Assembly: GCA_951406725.2 (NCBI GenBank)
Contig: OX597814.1
Span: 56,234,001-56,298,000, forward strand
DNA: 64,000 nt
DNA from: Octopus vulgaris
Taxonomy: Eukaryota
Direction of reading: 5' to 3'
Shown: in pieces, positions 1 through 11,328 of the stretch
How positions within the stretch are numbered: the first letter of the stretch is position 1
Layout: each line of letters starts with the position of its first letter
Program-made: the position numbers and the translations under genes
The notes under the pieces: model-generated
Databases searched by the model: none
Told to the model about the DNA's origin: nothing
The model's input: only the letters and a program-made list of their open reading frames with translations

Positions 1-606
1 GAGTGAAGAATCAGGTTAAGTAAATGAAGGATGCAAAACTATGATGCTAAAAACAAAGTGATTTAGGTAAGAAAAAAAGGGTGAGTATTGACAGAGGTGT
101 CCAATAGGAGGAGTGGGTGATTGGTTGCAATAACAATTGGCCAAGAGAGAGTGAGTGATGACTGGCAGTTCAGAAAGTGTTAAGGTAGAATATATTGGGT
201 ACAGGTGTGATGCAATTCTTATACAGAAGCCTTTGCTTAAATAAGACATAGAGTGATAATGATAAAAGTAGATGGGGACTGAATACACGTAGGTACTGTC
301 CATCATCATATGGGTAGCATGAATGATAGAGCGATGAATTACAAGAAGATGAGAGGACATTAGAGTGAGGTAGTGGCGGTAAGGCATCACTTTAGAGTGG
401 AAAATGTGTCTGGATCAATTCATTAATTCAAATGGAGAGTACTTTGGAGGCAATAAAAGTGTAAACATGTAAAACCAAATGCATAATATAATATTGCAAA
501 ATTCTAGTTTCTTTTGGGTGCCTCCTCATATATATGTATGTGTGTTTATATATGTATGTATATGTGTCTGTGTGTGTGTATATATATATATATACACATA
601 CAAACA

Positions 607-1473
607 CAGGGTGCGATGGGTAAATTGTTGCTATTTTATCATTTTAATTTCACGTATGTGCATTGTTTGTTTTTGATTTTGTCAACTACACAGTATAGTA
701 GGGTCAGTTGGGCACCATCTGTGTGGAAAACAGCACCATGACACAATTCACCCTGCCAGAAATTTGAAAATGACATGCTATACTTCTTGGCATTCATGCT
801 GGAAGCACATTTCAGAGTGTTTGGGTGTCAATCTGAGTATCTGCCGTATCCCCAAAACGTACCAAGAGTGATAAAAATCAAGCATCCAGTCAATATCATG
901 GTGTTTGGAGTGATCACTAGTGATGGCAGCATTATACCTCCATTCATCTTAACACACAGCCTCAGACTCAATACGGAGGCCTACATCAAGTGCCTGGAGG
1001 AAGTAGTGCTGCCATGGGTGAAGAAGGTGACTGTTGGAAGCCCCTATGTCTGGCAACAGGACTCTGCACCACACAAGCAGGAGAACCCACTCATGGCTGT
1101 CAGACAATTTCTGTGACCACATCATCCCTAACATCTGGCCACCTAACTCCCCAGACTGCGGCCCCCTTGATTATCATGTGTGGGGCGCAGTTGAGCGAGA
1201 GAGATGAACAAAACTCCTTGTAACACTAAAGATGAACTGAAGGCAAGGATTATGGCAGTATTCACCAGCTTAAACGTCATGAAGAGTTGCAGGAGATTTC
1301 AAAGTTGTCTGGAGGCCATGGTTGAAGCCAATGGTGAATTTATTGAATAAATTTACTCTTTAGTATTTCAAGATATTTTTATGAAATTTTGGTAAGTATA
1401 TTTGTTAAAACGAGATGTCAGTGTTATTTTCATTTTTGTGTAATTTAGACAATAATTTATTCACTGCACCCTG
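607..1473 (+). mobile_element. Internally deleted Tc1/mariner-superfamily transposon, DD37D (maT-like) transposase relic
   Basis: Imperfect TIRs CAGGGTGCGATGGGTAAATTGTTG (607) and revcomp CAGGGTGCAGTGAATAAATTATTG (ends 1473, followed by TA). Frameshifted coding: VFGVITSDG...WQQDSAP / WPPNSPDCGPLDY / VEANGEFIE*. Confidence 0.85.
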
Positions 1474-2379
1474 TATGTGTGTGTGTGTGTGTATTTTTGT
1501 ATATATGTGTGCATGTATATATATATATGTATTTTTGTATATATGTGTGTGTATGTATACACACACAAATGCACATACACTCATACATACAAATGCATAT
1601 ATACCCGGCATTGCTCAGGATTAAAATGGTATAATTTGTATATATATATATTTCAGTTATGTTGAAACAGGTGATACAGGAAAGTGAAGCATTGATAACA
1701 AAACATTGAACTAATTTGACATGTCATGTATCTATTTGGTGGAATCCAGGCCCTAACCTGCCATGGAAAATAGGGGTTGGTGGATAAGTGATTTTTGAAT
1801 GCACTGAAAAGCTGTCAGTGGATATACTCTCCTTTGCAGTGGTCAGCGCTGCATCTAACTTAACCCATTGTATGCTTGACAGTCAAATGAATGTAGGTGT
1901 AATTGAAATATTGTACATAAATGGGTACATTCTGCAAATAGGCTACAATGGGAAATGGCAATGTGAAAGTGAGTTGTTGAAATGTTGCAGAAGGGAAAGG
2001 TTAGCATTGGATTGCTGGTGTGGCTGTAGAATGAGAAACATAAAGTGAGCCACTCACACACACTCACAGAAACATATGCATTCATATACAAAATGTGACA
2101 ACACTCACATACATATAGTAAGACAGACATACATAGCTTTTCGCGTCGTTTTTTTTTTTTTTTTGGTCGTCAGCTCACTCATACACATTCACTCACAGAC
2201 ACATTCACACTCATACGTAAAATGTGACATCATCATTATTGTGGTATAAAATGTCCTGTACTATAGTTGACTATAGAAAGATTATCTCTATAAAATGTTA
2301 TATTATTTTAATTAAAATCCCCCAAAAAATTTTATGTTGACACTTGGGGGCAGTGTAAAAGATAAAGAAGTTCCTGAAC

Positions 2380-2935
2380 AAGCTTATGCATCCTGTTGAG
2401 CCAGGGATGATCAACTTCTTCTTAGATGAAAAGAACTTTTGTCAGGATCAGTTGCATAACACCCAGAACAACATGTGACTTGCCTACAATCCATGTGATC
2501 TCCTATATATAATGAAAACCAAATTCCCCCAAACTGTGATAGGTTTTGGGTGTGTCTCCAGTGAGGATAATGTCATGCTGGCCCACATCTTTGAAAAGGG
2601 CCTTGGGCCCAATTCAGATAGCTATGTGAAGCCGCTGGAGAGGGTTGCTGCAGGAAGGCCATGTGTGTGGCAGCAGAATTCAGCTCTTTGCCATACTTTT
2701 AGAAAGAGACAGAAGTACTTGTCAGAGAATTTCTATACTTCACCAGCCCAAATTTCTGACCTCCTAAATCCTCCCAGTTGTAATTCCATGAATTACTATG
2801 CGAGGGACATAGTTGAGGACACCAACTGCTCTGTCTACAATACCAAGGCCAAGCTGGTGGCCCAAATCATTGAAGGTGTTTGGAGATCTTCCCAGTGATG
2901 TAATGGGGAGCACATGTGCCAGGTTCCAGAGTTAG
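2380..2935 (+). mobile_element. Second decayed DD37D (maT-like) transposase fragment
   Basis: FFLDEKNFCQD (first catalytic D region), then ORF 2512-2898 KTKFPQTVIGFGCVSSED...WQQNSALCHT...NSMNYY, homologous to the 607-1473 element. Confidence 0.8.
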
Positions 2936-3699
2936 TTTTTACCCCAAGTCATGATCTAGTTAATAATTTTTGATTTTTTAAAATACTTTTATCTTAGGAT
3001 GGGATATTGTGATTTCTTTTCCTTTTATACAAACTGTCAAATTTAACCTGAACACTCTGTATATATGAATGTATATTTTTTTCTCTTTTGTATGAAATTT
3101 TCTTTTCTTGTTTTTCATACAGTTCCTTGTAGTTTGTCTGAAATAGTAAAATTTTTGATTTCATCATCAAAAAACATACAAAAGAATTTGATAAAAAATA
3201 GAAATGTGTTTTCAGTACATTCTTGAAAGAAACAGCATAAATGTAGATATACTTAATGCATGTGCATGTGCATGCATGCATGCTTACATGGACATATGTA
3301 TCTTTTGTTGATGTATATCAGCAAAAGATATAAATATAATCAAGAAAACAGGAAAATTGATGCCTTCCAAACAAAAGCTCTTGAGAATTTTGTTTTGTCA
3401 GATATGCAGTGAACTAGATTTTTGGCCCATTGGGAATCCATAACCCACAAAATTATTGTTTATCAATTGCTATATAAAATAATGAAAACTGGCATACTGC
3501 TGTCTGGACAGCCTTGGGAGAACTTAGTAACAATAGATCTTCCACAGTGATCTATACTCTGCATAAACCACTGGCCAGCATTTAGGTACTAAATTTCAAG
3601 ACTTTTCACTGTGTTTTGATAAAAACAGAGCTTTAAAATAACACCAAACTTGACAACAATTCTTTCTTCAACCACAAAATAGTAGATAGCCTGTTGATC

Positions 3700-4370
3700 T
3701 GGCCTGACTCATTAACCATAGAGGAAGCTCAAAAATGTTCAGAAATATCAAGTTACTAGGTCTAGAGAATAATCCAGCCATTATCTGCAAGAGTTCGTTC
3801 TTTCACAAACATCTGTGGGTCATCTGTAATCAGGTCTATAAAGGAAACAAATCAACAGTTTTCTCAAAGTCTTCCATTATTCCACTACCAAAGAATGGTG
3901 ATTCTCACCTGCTTCAGAGCTACAAAGGAATTACACTTTCACTTCTAGTCTTCAACATCTACAACTGTATGCTATTTAACACAATTTCCTTTTGTATTCA
4001 TTCTATTCTGCAGCAGAATCAAAACAACTTTCACAAACACGGATCAACAATATCACAGATCCTTGTTATTAGAAAAATCATAGAAATGTTCAGAAATTCC
4101 AAATATCAGTTGTATTTGTGCTTTTTTCTAAAATGCTTGGTAGTGTTCATAGAATGGTTGTGTTACATATCCTATTGAACTGTTGTATACCAGATGAAAA
4201 TGTCAAGCCATTACTATCATGTGTGAAAATCCATCAAATTTTTCATATAGCACAGATGGTCGACTAAGTTTTTAACAAAATCAGGCATCCTTCAAGGAGA
4301 CACCCTTTTACTTTTCTTTTTTTTTCTTTGCGATTGTGATGAAGACTATATCCTTAAATCTCATCTTTAT
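3700..4370 (+). mobile_element. Decayed RTE-clade LINE reverse transcriptase fragment
   Basis: IIPLPKNGD...YKGITL...NQNNF...STISQILVIRKIIE (RT domains 1-2) and GILQGDTL at ~4284, with frameshifts and stops. Confidence 0.75.
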
Positions 4371-6772
4371 CAAAACAAAGGTCTCACAATTTCAAGCAGA
4401 AGTTGAGTCAAATGTATTTCTTCTTTCTAAGACAATAGGATGTGATTTGAGGGAATTTGGCTAATATTTTTAGCATGTCAAACAACCACTTAGAGGCTCC
4501 TCACTTGTCTGTTTCTGTTACAGTTGCTGATATTGGTTGTTGATTATGATGATAGTGGCTGAATTAAGCAAATTCCATGAAAAACACATTAGGAAAATGA
4601 ATGTATTTTTTAATCATTTTATTGTGAAGTAGTGTAGTATTGTTACATAAGACTTAGTCTGCATTGACAATATTTACCCTGATTATATAAATATCAAAGA
4701 ATTGCTTTGAGCATCAATTGATATGTACTATTTTAAATAAGATTATATAAATAATTTCTAATTTTGGCCAAAATAAACAGATTAAAACTTGCAAACTTTA
4801 CTTCCCAAAATAGCTTGATTTTACATATATATATTTTTTAACATTTTCTCTCTTTCTGAAATTCTGTAAGAATTTGCATTAAGCACAATGGTTGTGGGGT
4901 TAAAGTATTACTTTACTGATTCTGTAATCCCAAGTTCAAACTTCACAGATATAGCTAGTGAGTTTGTACCCTGAAAAAATCATTTAATTTTGCTTGCAAA
5001 CAAGTTATAAACAGGTGGAATATTTAATGGTAAACATAATTGCTTCAGGCATATCTCTGAATATAAAACAAAATACTAATCATAGGAAAATGTACAAATG
5101 GATGTAAAATAATAAATGTAGTTAGAAAGAATGATGCTAATAAAGAAAATATACTGGATTGGGTTTTTTTTTTTTTTTTACTTGTTTCAATCATTGGACT
5201 GCAGTCATGCATTACTTTGAAGAGCTTTATTCAAATGAATTGGTTCCAGTGCTTATTTTTTTCCCTTTAAATCAGCCAAAGAGACAGAGTACTGTCAGCC
5301 TCTTTGGCTGAACTGCTAACTTACAGAAATGTAAACACACAAACACTAGCCATCAAGCAGTTGTATGTAAGTATATACGTAAGCCATATAAGCGTGTGTT
5401 TCTATTTGTCTTTGTATATATGTATATGTACATATGAATCCGTATATGTGTATCTATCTGTGTATGTTGTGTAAATATACATAACCATGACATATTCTTT
5501 GATATGTGTTACACTTATCAAGTGTACACATATCAAAGTGAAAGCTAAATCATTCCTAGGTTATGTTTTCTTTGCATGTTTATGTCAGAAATATTCTTAA
5601 TGGCTCAAAGGTGAAGCATAATTCATTTTCTTTTGATTATATCTTAAAATCTTGAAATGTAAACATATTTCAACACATTTGGCACTTAACTGGGATGTTA
5701 TTAGATATCTGCAGTTATATGTCCCTTGTATCTATATATTCACCACTGTGCAGTTTTCATTACCTTCATTACTTTGTTATTCATTTTTACATATTTATAT
5801 TTTCTTCATATATATAAGGCCATATTAGTTATGCCCTGTCCTTGTGTATTATTAGCTCTTCAATAAATGATTGTATTCTTTCTCTTACAATTAACTGATA
5901 TTGGTATACATAGCTTTCAACTTCAATAATTCATAGATTACTTTTACTTTCTTTTCTTGGCTTACATTCTAATATTTTCAATTTAATGTACAATTTTATA
6001 TAATTATTGAAGTGTATTCAACCTCATCACCATCTATAACCTCATATGCTCAGCTCACATCATAATATTATCAAGATATCTATAATCTACTGCTCATTTT
6101 TTTCATTACAGCTTCGAATGATGGCTTTTCTCTTTACTCTTTATTCATTGACAATAATCTACAGTCAACTTAATTAATTCTACTCTGATTCTATGACTTC
6201 TAGAGTTTCTCCAATTTCATATAACTTCATATAACCTCATAAATTTATGGCATAACCATTTTCTTCTTTAGCTTTATTGAAGTCTATAACCCATAAATTT
6301 TAAAATATCTATTACTGTCACACAATTTATGACTGTTTATTGATTCAAATTTTAGACTCTCCAAATTATATGCACACCTATAAATTTAGTAATACTTTGC
6401 TACTATTTACCTTCCTTACCCAAAGTAGAAGACACTTGCCCAAGGTGTCATGCAGTGGGTCTACCAAAGCCATATGAGTGGATTTGATAGATGGAAACTG
6501 AAAGAAGCATGTTGTGTGTTTGTCCCTGCCCGTCACTGCTTGTCAACTGGTTTTGATGTGTTTATATCTCTGTAACTTAGCAGTTCAGCAAAAGAGAGTG
6601 ACAATATAAGTCCCAAGTTTAAAAATAAAAAAGTACTGGAGTCAATTCATTTGACTAAAATTCAACGCTGTACCCCAGCATGGTTGCAATCTAATAAGAG
6701 AAACAAGTAACAGAAATATATATATATATAAAACACACACATACATACACATACACATAAATATATACAAAC

Positions 6773-7171
6773 ATTATCACTCTGTGTTAATACTGCCTCT
6801 GTCGCAAATATATTCATTTTTAATAAGCTCATTGGTTAATCACGCATGACACCAATTCCTGTTCTGACAATGTTTTCTATATATCACTGGTGGGGAGATG
6901 AGTCACTGCTATCTCTAGCAGCTGAGTGTCTATTATTGACAAGAGCAAAGAAAGTTGAAATCACTTGATCTGGTGGTCTTGGCACTGGAGATGGCAGGGA
7001 TTTATCACCCCACTAGTGATATAAACAAGAGTGCATTTTGCATCAAAAACCAGATAGAAAAGTTTCTCTCATGGTATCTACTGCAGTGTAGTTTGATAGA
7101 ACTGAATATTTACGTTTAAGTGGGGATTAAAATTATCTCTCTGTATTAATACTGCTTCTGTTGCTAATATA
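6773..7171 (+). mobile_element. Retrozyme-like non-coding element: 359-bp unit with 40-bp terminal direct repeats and a central hammerhead hairpin
   Basis: Direct repeats 6773-6812 and 7132-7171 match at 35/40 positions. Internal inverted repeat 6880-6918 / 6985-7023. Hammerhead-like core at the apex. Confidence 0.55.
6930..6976 (+). ncRNA. Type I hammerhead ribozyme-like motif with U3-A8 core variant
   Basis: CTATTA|TTGACAA|G-AGC-AAAGAAA-GTT|GAAA|TC-ACTT-GA|TC|TGGTGG: stem I (WC plus G-U), UUGACAA in place of CUGANGA, weak stem II, GAAA, stem III, AUC cleavage triplet. Confidence 0.5.
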
Positions 7172-7175
7172 CATA

Positions 7176-7471
7176 CAGGGTATAACAGGTAAAATGGGAC
7201 CATTTAAATATCTTTGTTATAATCGGTATAACTTGGAAAAATCAAACACTGCAAATTTTATGTTTATGCAAATTTATTGTGGAATGTTTAGCACTTATTT
7301 CAGTTCAATGTGACCACCTTTTGCTTTCTTTACCAGTTCAATCCATTTACTAAATGATGTGCATGCCTTAACTATTTCTTCCTTTTTCATTTTACCGAAT
7401 GCCCACCTGATTAAATCCTTCAGTGAAGACACACAGTTGTGAGAAGTTGCATTGGATATTACTTCAACTAT
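7176..7471 (-). mobile_element. 3' end of a Tc1/mariner (DD37D-like) transposon
   Basis: TA|CAGGGT terminus at 7174-7181. Minus-strand frame IVEVISNATSHNCVSSLKDLI...KACTSFSKWIELVKKAKGGHIELK* (stop 7295-7297). Confidence 0.75.
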
Positions 7472-8365
7472 TCACAGCAAACTAAAAAATTTTAGATTGC
7501 TCTGACTTTCTACAAGGAGCTGTCCCTATACATAATATTAATTCAAGGTGTGATTTGATTCAGTCATCTAAAAAAAATACCTTATTTAGTAGTTATCTTA
7601 GAAAAATAGCCTTTATGATGCACAGTAACTGAGTGGTTAAGGTATTGCACTACCTACTCAAAGAGCATGAGATCTAATTCTCTGCAAGCATTTCATTTTG
7701 TTTCTGAGCAGAAAATTTTACTTTGCATTGCCTCAGATGTCAAGAATAGGTACCAGATTATCCGGGAATGCTATCCATAGTAGTGAGATTTATTTTGCAT
7801 TTGCTTAACATCTTGAAACCATGTATAAATATCAATGTTTTTAAAGACTTTTGGCATTTAGGATGCATTTATAGTGCAATTTATTACAGTGTATAAGTAC
7901 TTTTGGCAGCTTTAAAACTTGCATATATTTCCCATTAGCAGAGACAAAGGAAATCATTTTATGTGCAAATGTTATAGTGTATATCATATAGAACATTTAG
8001 CAGCATAAAAAGTTAATGTCAAGCATGAAATGTCTATAGTGTGTGTAATTAATGTGACAGACAGAGCAGCAAAATGCGATCAAAGGAATTTACTTTAGCT
8101 GATCTGGAATATATAACTGACAATATACTGAAGACATTTCGAAATGAGAGGATATATCTATTGCAATGGTATCTAGGATATATGAAGATTCATGGGGACT
8201 GGATAGGGAAATATTGTGTTGCTCCATTTCCAATAGTTAAAAATAAGTAATTCAACTTAATGGTGCTGAAGAAACAACTAAAGGTGTGTGTGTATCTTCA
8301 TGTGCAAAAAAATATGAGAGTCAACCAAAGATCTGTAACTGGATCTCTTTCCCCTCCCCCACCTT

Positions 8366-8374
<9 letters not shown>

Positions 8375-8399
<25 letters not shown>

Positions 8400-8424
8400 A
8401 GCCTTCCCTTGCATGCATACATAC

Positions 8425-8467
<43 letters not shown>

Positions 8468-8468
8468 T

Positions 8469-8523
<55 letters not shown>

Positions 8524-8531
8524 TACATACA

Positions 8532-8560
<29 letters not shown>
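8375..8560. repeat. Compound microsatellite (CT)n/(AC)n/(ACAT)n
   Basis: Directly visible tandem arrays; they explain the spurious THTH/CVCV ORFs. Confidence 0.95.
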
Positions 8561-8562
<2 letters not shown>

Positions 8563-8837
8563 TGTCAGCTGCCTGTTGACTGTTCTTGCAGGAGAGTTGC
8601 ATGTGAGCTGCAAGGCTTGCTCTTGATCTGCAGCTGTGATGACATCTGCTGCAGGTGAAGCTACTTGACACAGTAGAAAACAATTCATATGCTCTTTGGT
8701 ATCTTCTCTGTTGTTTTTCCTCAGATTGCTGGTTGGATTCCATAGCCTTTCACAGAGAAATATTTTCAATTTAATGATTCATTAATAAACAGATAAATAA
8801 GAAAACATACATAAGAAAAAAAAATATATATATATAT

Positions 8838-11328
8838 CATCATCATCATCATCATTTAGCGTCCGTTTTCCATGCTAGCATGGGTTGGACGGTTCTGCTG
8901 GGGTCTGTGAAGCCAGAAGGCTTCATCAGGCCCAGTCAAATCTGGCAGTGTTTCTACGGCTGGATGCCCTTCCTAACGCCAACCACTCCGTGAGTGTAGT
9001 GGGTGCTTTTTACGTGCCACCCGCACTGGTGCCAGCCAGAGCTGGCAAACGGCCACGAACGGATGGTGTTTTTTATGTGCCACCGGCACGAGGGCCAGGC
9101 GAGGCTGGCAACGAACACGAAACGGGGCGGTGCTGGCAACGGTCGCGAAACGGAAGGTTCTCTTACATGCCACCGGCACTGGTAACACATCTGCAATTTC
9201 CATTGATCGATTTCCATTGATCGATTTCGATTCTGATCCTCACTTGCCTCAATGGGTCTTCACAAGCAGAGTTTCGACATGCCACCGGCACTGGTAGCAC
9301 ATCCGCAATTTCCATTGATCGATTTCGATTCTGATCCTCACTTGCCTCAACACGTCTTCACAAGTAGAGTTTTGTGTCCCAAGAAGGGAAGGTATGCATA
9401 CGTAGGCTGGCTCCATCCCATGTAGAAGGCCACGGGTTGTGGACTCACTTGTCCTGCCGGGTCTTCTCGCGCACAGCACACTTCCAGAGGTCTCGGTCTC
9501 TAGTCATTTCCTCGGTGAGACCTAAAGTTCGAAGGTCGTGCTTCACCACCTCGTCCCAGGTTTTCCTGGGTCTGCCTCTTCCACAGGTTCCCTCAACCGC
9601 TAGGGTGTGGCACTTTTTCACACAACTATCTTCATCCATTCTCGCCACATGACCATACCAGCGCAAACGTCTCTCTTGCACACCACAACTGATGCTTCTT
9701 AGGTCCAGCTTTTCTCTCAAGGTACTTACACTCTGCCGAGTGTGAGTACTGGCATTACACATCCATCGGAGCATACTGGCTTCATTTCTAGCGAGCTTAC
9801 GCATATCCTCAGCAGTCACGGCCCATGTTTCACTGCCATGTAGCATGGCTGTTCGTACACACGCATCATACAGTCTGCCTTTCACTCTGTGCGAGAGGCC
9901 TTTTGTCACCAGCAGAGGTAAGAGCTCTCTGAACTTTGCCCAAGCTATTCTTACTCTAGCAGTTACACTTTCAGCACACCCGCCCCCGCTGCTGACTTGG
10001 TCACCTAGGTAACGGAAACTATCAACTATTTCTAGTTTTTCTCCCTGGAAAGTGACAGAAGTTGGTCTCAGAGCATTTTCAGTGTTTATTGTTCCTGAGC
10101 ATCTGCCACATACAAAAACCATCTTCCTAGTTAGCCTTCCTTTGACATTGCTGCATCTCTTATGTGTCCATAGCTTACACTTGGTGCATCTTATAGAGTT
10201 TCTACCTACACCTTTTCTACAGATCGAGCAGGGCCATCTACCTGAAGGTGTTTGTGATTTGTCTACCTTCCTACTGATTACGACTTTGGTTTTAGCTAGA
10301 TTGACTCTGAGGCCCTTCGATTCTAATCCTTGTTTCCACACCTGAAACTTCTCCTCCAGTTCTGATAGCGACTCAGCAATTAGAGCAAGGTCATCAGCAT
10401 AGAGGAGCTCCCAAGGGCATCCTGTCTTGAATTCCTCCGTTATTGCCTGGAGGACTATGATAAATAGGAGGGGGCTGAGTACTGAGCCTTGGTGGACCCC
10501 TACCTCTACCCGGAATTCTTCACTGTACTCATTTCCAACCCTCACCCTACTAGCGGCGTCCCTATACATGGCCCGCACAGCTCTCACTAACCATTCATCT
10601 ATCCCTAGTTTTCTCATTGCCCACCAGATAAGGGATCGGGGGACCCTGTCGAAGGCTTTCTCCATGTCAACAAAAGCCAGGTACAGGGGCTTATCTTTGG
10701 CTAGGTATTTCTCCTGCAGCTGCCTTACCAGGAATATAGCATCAGTAGTACTTTTCCCTGGCACAAACCCAAACTGCATCTCATCTAAACTAACTCTCTC
10801 TCTAATTAGTTGGGCTATGACCCTCTCCGTAACCTTCATCACCTGGTCCAACAGCTTGATACCTCTGTAGTTGTTTGTATCTAGGGCATCACCTTTACCT
10901 TTGTAGCAGTTGACTATTATACTGCTACACCAGTCATTGGGTATGACCCCTTTGTGTATCACCTGATTAACTATATGGGTGACTAGGCTATAGCCGACAC
11001 TACCAGACATTTTGAGCATCTCTGCAGTGATTCCTGATGGGCCTGGGGCTTTCCCTGTCTTCATGCTTCTAATTGCCTTAGCTACCACAGAACTATCAAC
11101 TCGGATAGCTGGTCCCTCTGTTGGGTCAACATTCGGCAGACTCTCTTTATCCCATTCATTTTCTTCATTCAGCAACCTTTCATAGTGGCATCTCCAAACC
11201 TCTCTCTTTGCATCCTCATTTAGCGCAAGTGAACCATCTTCCATGCGAACACACTTCTCTCCTACCACATCACGATTCTCTCTCACACACTGTCTTGCAA
11301 CACGAAACACCTCCAGTCTTTGGTCCTC
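8838..11328 (-). mobile_element. Young 5'-truncated RTE-clade LINE with (GAT)n tail
   Basis: (ATG)n tail at 8838-8855, 3' UTR 8856-9444, open RT frame, flanked by (AT)7 at 8824-8837 and 11330-11343. CpG-rich. Confidence 0.95.
9445..11310 (-). CDS. RTE LINE ORF2 C-terminal portion: reverse transcriptase with embedded PHD-type zinc finger; endonuclease lost by 5' truncation
   Basis: 621 aa without stops: KAPGPSG, NYRGIKL, QFGF, FVDMEKAFD, GVHQGSVLSP, YADD, C4HC3 motif, FRYLG, HGSETW, RLRWYGHV, RGRPRKTW. The frame extends upstream to the truncation point, so the ORF start is not a real start. Confidence 0.93.
   Translation of the reverse strand: MFRVARQCVRENRDVVGEKCVRMEDGSLALNEDAKREVWRCHYERLLNEENEWDKESLPNVDPTEGPAIRVDSSVVAKAIRSMKTGKAPGPSGITAEMLKMSGSVGYSLVTHIVNQVIHKGVIPNDWCSSIIVNCYKGKGDALDTNNYRGIKLLDQVMKVTERVIAQLIRERVSLDEMQFGFVPGKSTTDAIFLVRQLQEKYLAKDKPLYLAFVDMEKAFDRVPRSLIWWAMRKLGIDEWLVRAVRAMYRDAASRVRVGNEYSEEFRVEVGVHQGSVLSPLLFIIVLQAITEEFKTGCPWELLYADDLALIAESLSELEEKFQVWKQGLESKGLRVNLAKTKVVISRKVDKSQTPSGRWPCSICRKGVGRNSIRCTKCKLWTHKRCSNVKGRLTRKMVFVCGRCSGTINTENALRPTSVTFQGEKLEIVDSFRYLGDQVSSGGGCAESVTARVRIAWAKFRELLPLLVTKGLSHRVKGRLYDACVRTAMLHGSETWAVTAEDMRKLARNEASMLRWMCNASTHTRQSVSTLREKLDLRSISCGVQERRLRWYGHVARMDEDSCVKKCHTLAVEGTCGRGRPRKTWDEVVKHDLRTLGLTEEMTRDRDLWKCAVREKTRQDK

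Noticed and set aside
16-390. 124-aa minus-strand ORF
   Set aside because: No recognisable domain or splice context; probably decayed repeat sequence.
8128-8150. CTGAAGA...GAAA hammerhead-like spacing
   Set aside because: No stem II or stem III; it is only the palindrome CATTTCGAAATG.
8260-8769. Overlapping ORFs rich in HT/CV/YI/ER dipeptides (and similar ORFs throughout)
   Set aside because: Translations of microsatellites.
9005-9300. Repeat-spacer pattern resembling a CRISPR array
   Set aside because: Irregular spacing, inside a LINE 3' UTR, eukaryotic context, no cas genes.
10052-10870. Plus-strand ORFs of 97 and 147 aa (also 31593-32084 on the minus strand)
   Set aside because: Antisense shadows of LINE coding sequence.
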